A stretch of DNA of 64,000 nt from Candidatus Latescibacterota bacterium (GTDB lineage Bacteria; Latescibacterota; UBA2968; UBA8231). Positions 61,347 through 64,000 of the stretch are shown here, in pieces. Positions within the stretch are counted from its first letter, which is position 1. Each line of letters starts with the position of its first letter. The position numbers and the translations under genes were made by a program. Below the pieces are notes generated by a model that saw only the letters and a program-made list of their open reading frames with translations, had not been told where the DNA came from and made no database searches. Location: positions 4,192,001 through 4,256,000 of the forward strand of contig OZ242214.1 of assembly GCA_965206595.1 (NCBI GenBank), in the 5' to 3' direction.

Positions 61347-62039
61347 TCAGTTTGTCTGCTCGAGCTGCTGCAGTTTCTCCCGTACTTCCGCGAAGTCGGG
61401 ATCGAGCTTCGCAACCTTCTCGAAGACTTCCCTGGCCTTGGTGAACCGCCCGCGCTCGAAATAAACCATCCCCAACTCGTAGGCAGCCTGCGGGTCCCGG
61501 GGGGCTCGCGACACAGCCCGTTTTCGGGCTTTCAGGTTCTTTTCAAATGATTTTATATCCTGAAAAGCATGCATCAAACGTTGTCCTTCCTCGCGACCTT
61601 GCCTGATGTAGAGCCGCGCCAGATTGTAGTGCGCTGAAGCGTGGTCGGGATCCAGAGCAATGGCTTTTTGGTAGAATGCCGACGCGTCAGCCTCCCCACC
61701 GAGCTTCTCGAGGAGGGCGGCGAGCCGATAGTACGAGTCCCCGTATTCCCGATCCAGCTCGATTGCCCGCTGATAGTAGATGCGGGCGGTTTCCAGGTTT
61801 CCCTCCTGTTCGTTGATCGAGCCCAGGTCGCGAAAATCCCTTGCGCTTGCGATTCCAAGGGCCATTGCCCGTTCGTACGCCTCCCTGGCCTTGGGATGAT
61901 CCCCAAGGGCCATGTAGCTCCAACCAAGGCGCTGGAAAATCGGCCCTTCCCGGGGAGATAAAACGAGAGCCTTCTCATACACCTCGATCGCCTCGTGAAG
62001 CTGCTCCTGCTGGTGGTAGACGTATCCGAGGTTTGCCAT
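61347..62039 (-). CDS. TPR protein, probably 5'-truncated by the IS
   Basis: Begins in the middle of a TPR (MANLGYVY); the ATG abuts the IS end. Confidence 0.75.
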   Translation of the reverse strand: MANLGYVYHQQEQLHEAIEVYEKALVLSPREGPIFQRLGWSYMALGDHPKAREAYERAMALGIASARDFRDLGSINEQEGNLETARIYYQRAIELDREYGDSYYRLAALLEKLGGEADASAFYQKAIALDPDHASAHYNLARLYIRQGREEGQRLMHAFQDIKSFEKNLKARKRAVSRAPRDPQAAYELGMVYFERGRFTKAREVFEKVAKLDPDFAEVREKLQQLEQTN

Positions 62040-62893
62040 GGACCTATCTCAAAATTGAAATTGTTTAAGTAAAATCAAAATGGATGCAAGTTGGACGAAG
62101 CCAAGAAAATTCTCCGGATACAATTCCCAGCGAGTGATCACTCGACGCTGCCATTGAAGCCAAGCAAAGAATCTCTCAACCATCCAACGCCGCACATAAC
62201 GCCGCAATCGCCGTCCGTCCTGAGTCTTTTTCTTGGTCCGATTCTGGCGATGCGGGGCGATCATCTCGATCCCGTCTTTCTTACGTTCTTCATCCAACGA
62301 ATCGCTGTCGTACGCTTTGTCACCGATCAAGTTGTCAGGTTGGTCTTCGATGAGGTAAAAGTCAAAGGTCAACTGAACCAGCGTCACTTCATGATGGTTC
62401 GCTGCATGCGTGCTCACCGACAAGGGAAGCCCATTGCCGTCGACGATCCCCATGACCCGCACCCCCTTACCTCGCTTGGTGTGGCCGATATCGGCACCTC
62501 CACCCTTGGCCGCCGAGAACATGCCATCGATGAAAGCCTCCGATTCGTCCAGGCCCCCTTGCTCGTGAAGTGTCTGGGCCAAGTCCATGAGAACTTCGCG
62601 TACCACCCCTTGACGACACCCGTTTTGAAAACGGCGATGCACGGTTTTGTAGTTCGGATAGCACGGCGGCAACATAGGCCATTGAGCCCCGGTGTTTAGA
62701 ATCCAAAGGACGGCTTCAAAAACATCACGCGTGCAAACCGGTTTGCGACCCGGATGGCTCTTGGGACGAAGTTCTTCAGGAAAGTGATGGCGGATTCGTT
62801 GCCATTGCATGTCGGTCAGATTGACCATACACCAATGGTACATCACTGTCATTTCGAAAACAAGTTTAAGTTTGCCTATTTTGAGATAGGTTC
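62040..62893 (-). mobile_element. IS5-family insertion sequence (~850 bp)
   Basis: Terminal inverted repeats ACCTATCTCAAAAT (62042-62055) and ATTTTGAGATAGGT (62878-62891) around a DDE transposase. Confidence 0.9.
62049..62828 (-). CDS. IS5-family transposase
   Basis: LTDMQW, ILNTGAQW..LP, TVHRRF, IDG, GDKAYDS, RWMVERFFAWL. Confidence 0.9.
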   Translation of the reverse strand: MVNLTDMQWQRIRHHFPEELRPKSHPGRKPVCTRDVFEAVLWILNTGAQWPMLPPCYPNYKTVHRRFQNGCRQGVVREVLMDLAQTLHEQGGLDESEAFIDGMFSAAKGGGADIGHTKRGKGVRVMGIVDGNGLPLSVSTHAANHHEVTLVQLTFDFYLIEDQPDNLIGDKAYDSDSLDEERKKDGIEMIAPHRQNRTKKKTQDGRRLRRYVRRWMVERFFAWLQWQRRVITRWELYPENFLGFVQLASILILLKQFQF

Positions 62894-62895
62894 TG

Positions 62896-64000
62896 AAAAC
62901 TCTCACGTTGCGGTACCGTCCGATTGCGTCACCTCCCGGTGAGTGGGACACCGTTAATCCCAGTGCGACTGCAACCAGGCATGTAGTAGCTGGTCTGACA
63001 AACGATACGGAGTACGAATTCGAGATTTTCGGCACAGGCAGAACTCATGATGTTGATTCAATAACTTTAGCCGCCAAAGTCGGTTCCATAGCCCGCATTG
63101 AAGCCACTCCCGAGGCAGGCGTGTCCGGTCCCCCACCTCCCGACCTCCATTTTTCTGAAGTGATTGGCACCCCTGCAGGTTGGGACAGGGCAATTGCCCG
63201 GTACGAGAAAAGCGGTTCTACCAATTGGTTCCTCACAGGTGACGACAGGCTTCTTCTGAACCTGAAAGGAGAAGGTGGATACCGAAATCTTCACTTCAAT
63301 AATCCGCCAGACTTCGAAAACCCGGTAGATGCCAATGGAGACAACTTCTATAACGTAACCATCAACGCACTGCCGAATCCCAGGAATTCTGAATGGTCCA
63401 CCGATCCTTTTACAAAAAGTGTCTCTGTGGAAGTTCAGAATATGCCAGAAATAGGTAAGGTCTCCTTCTCTACAAGTTCTCCCGCTGCCGGTGAGTCCAT
63501 AACTGCTACATTGTCTGATCCCGACAATGTTGTTGTGAGTGAACCCGAACCCATTATATGGAAGTGGTACCGGGCTCTGGCGGCTTACGGTACTTATATC
63601 GAAGAAGGAACATTAGTACGAGAATTCACTTCAGCCCTTACCAATTCCGACACTTATTAGACAACGGGTGACGACATCGGGTTTATCATCCGAGCACAGG
63701 CGTCCTATATAGACGTTGAAAGCGACCCAGACAGGCGAGAAGTACAACGCGTGACAGGTGAGGTAAGTGGTCCCTCTGTCCAAGATGCAAGCAAGGTGTT
63801 TCTCGAAAACAATACCAATGCCGTTCACACCTGCATTGTTCACGATCCCAACGGGAGTCCAATTCAGGCCGCTTGGTCTTTGGACATGGACCGCGAAGAG
63901 CAGCAGGACGAAGACAAATTCACACTTTCCTCGAATGGTCTTTTGGAGTTCAAAAGTTCACCTGATTACGAGAGTCCTGCATCCTCTAATTCGGAGGACG
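62896..64000 (+). pseudogene. FN3/cadherin-like surface adhesin fragment, 5'-truncated, with an in-frame TAG at 63658
   Basis: VVAGLTNDTEYEFEI (FN3), PDFENPVDANGDNFYNVT (cadherin-like), TATLSDPD..WKWYR; the frame continues after the stop as TTGDDIGFIIRAQASY...FKSSPDYESP; lower GC. Confidence 0.75.

Noticed and set aside
1-64000. CRISPR array, rRNA or tRNA genes
   Set aside because: No regularly spaced repeats or RNA-gene signatures found by eye; the intergenic gaps are short

Overview
High-GC bacterial window, probably from the FCB group (Ca. Latescibacterota-like; this is an inference from protein families), with a sharp drop in GC in the last ~2 kb. About a fifth of it encodes six paralogous secreted proteins with variable N-termini, a shared core and a TPNGDGxND / FlgD-Ig C-terminal module. 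Two of them sit in an apparent operon with a large uncharacterised exported protein. The window also holds a cluster of CRTAC1/ASPIC-UnbV (FG-GAP) and TPR lipoprotein genes and a catabolic toolkit: GH95, amidohydrolases, nitrilase, two enolase-superfamily dehydratases, two gamma-glutamyltransferases, SGNH, BNR/sialidase, RraA-like aldolase and PhyH. A porin-pstSCAB-phoU-phoBR locus is riddled with frameshifts and carries an unexpected tandem pair of NrdR-box-like sites between pstS and pstC. The right end has an IS5-family element between two 5'-truncated genes. Several other genes are decayed by internal deletions or nonsense codons. No rRNA, tRNA or CRISPR array was seen.
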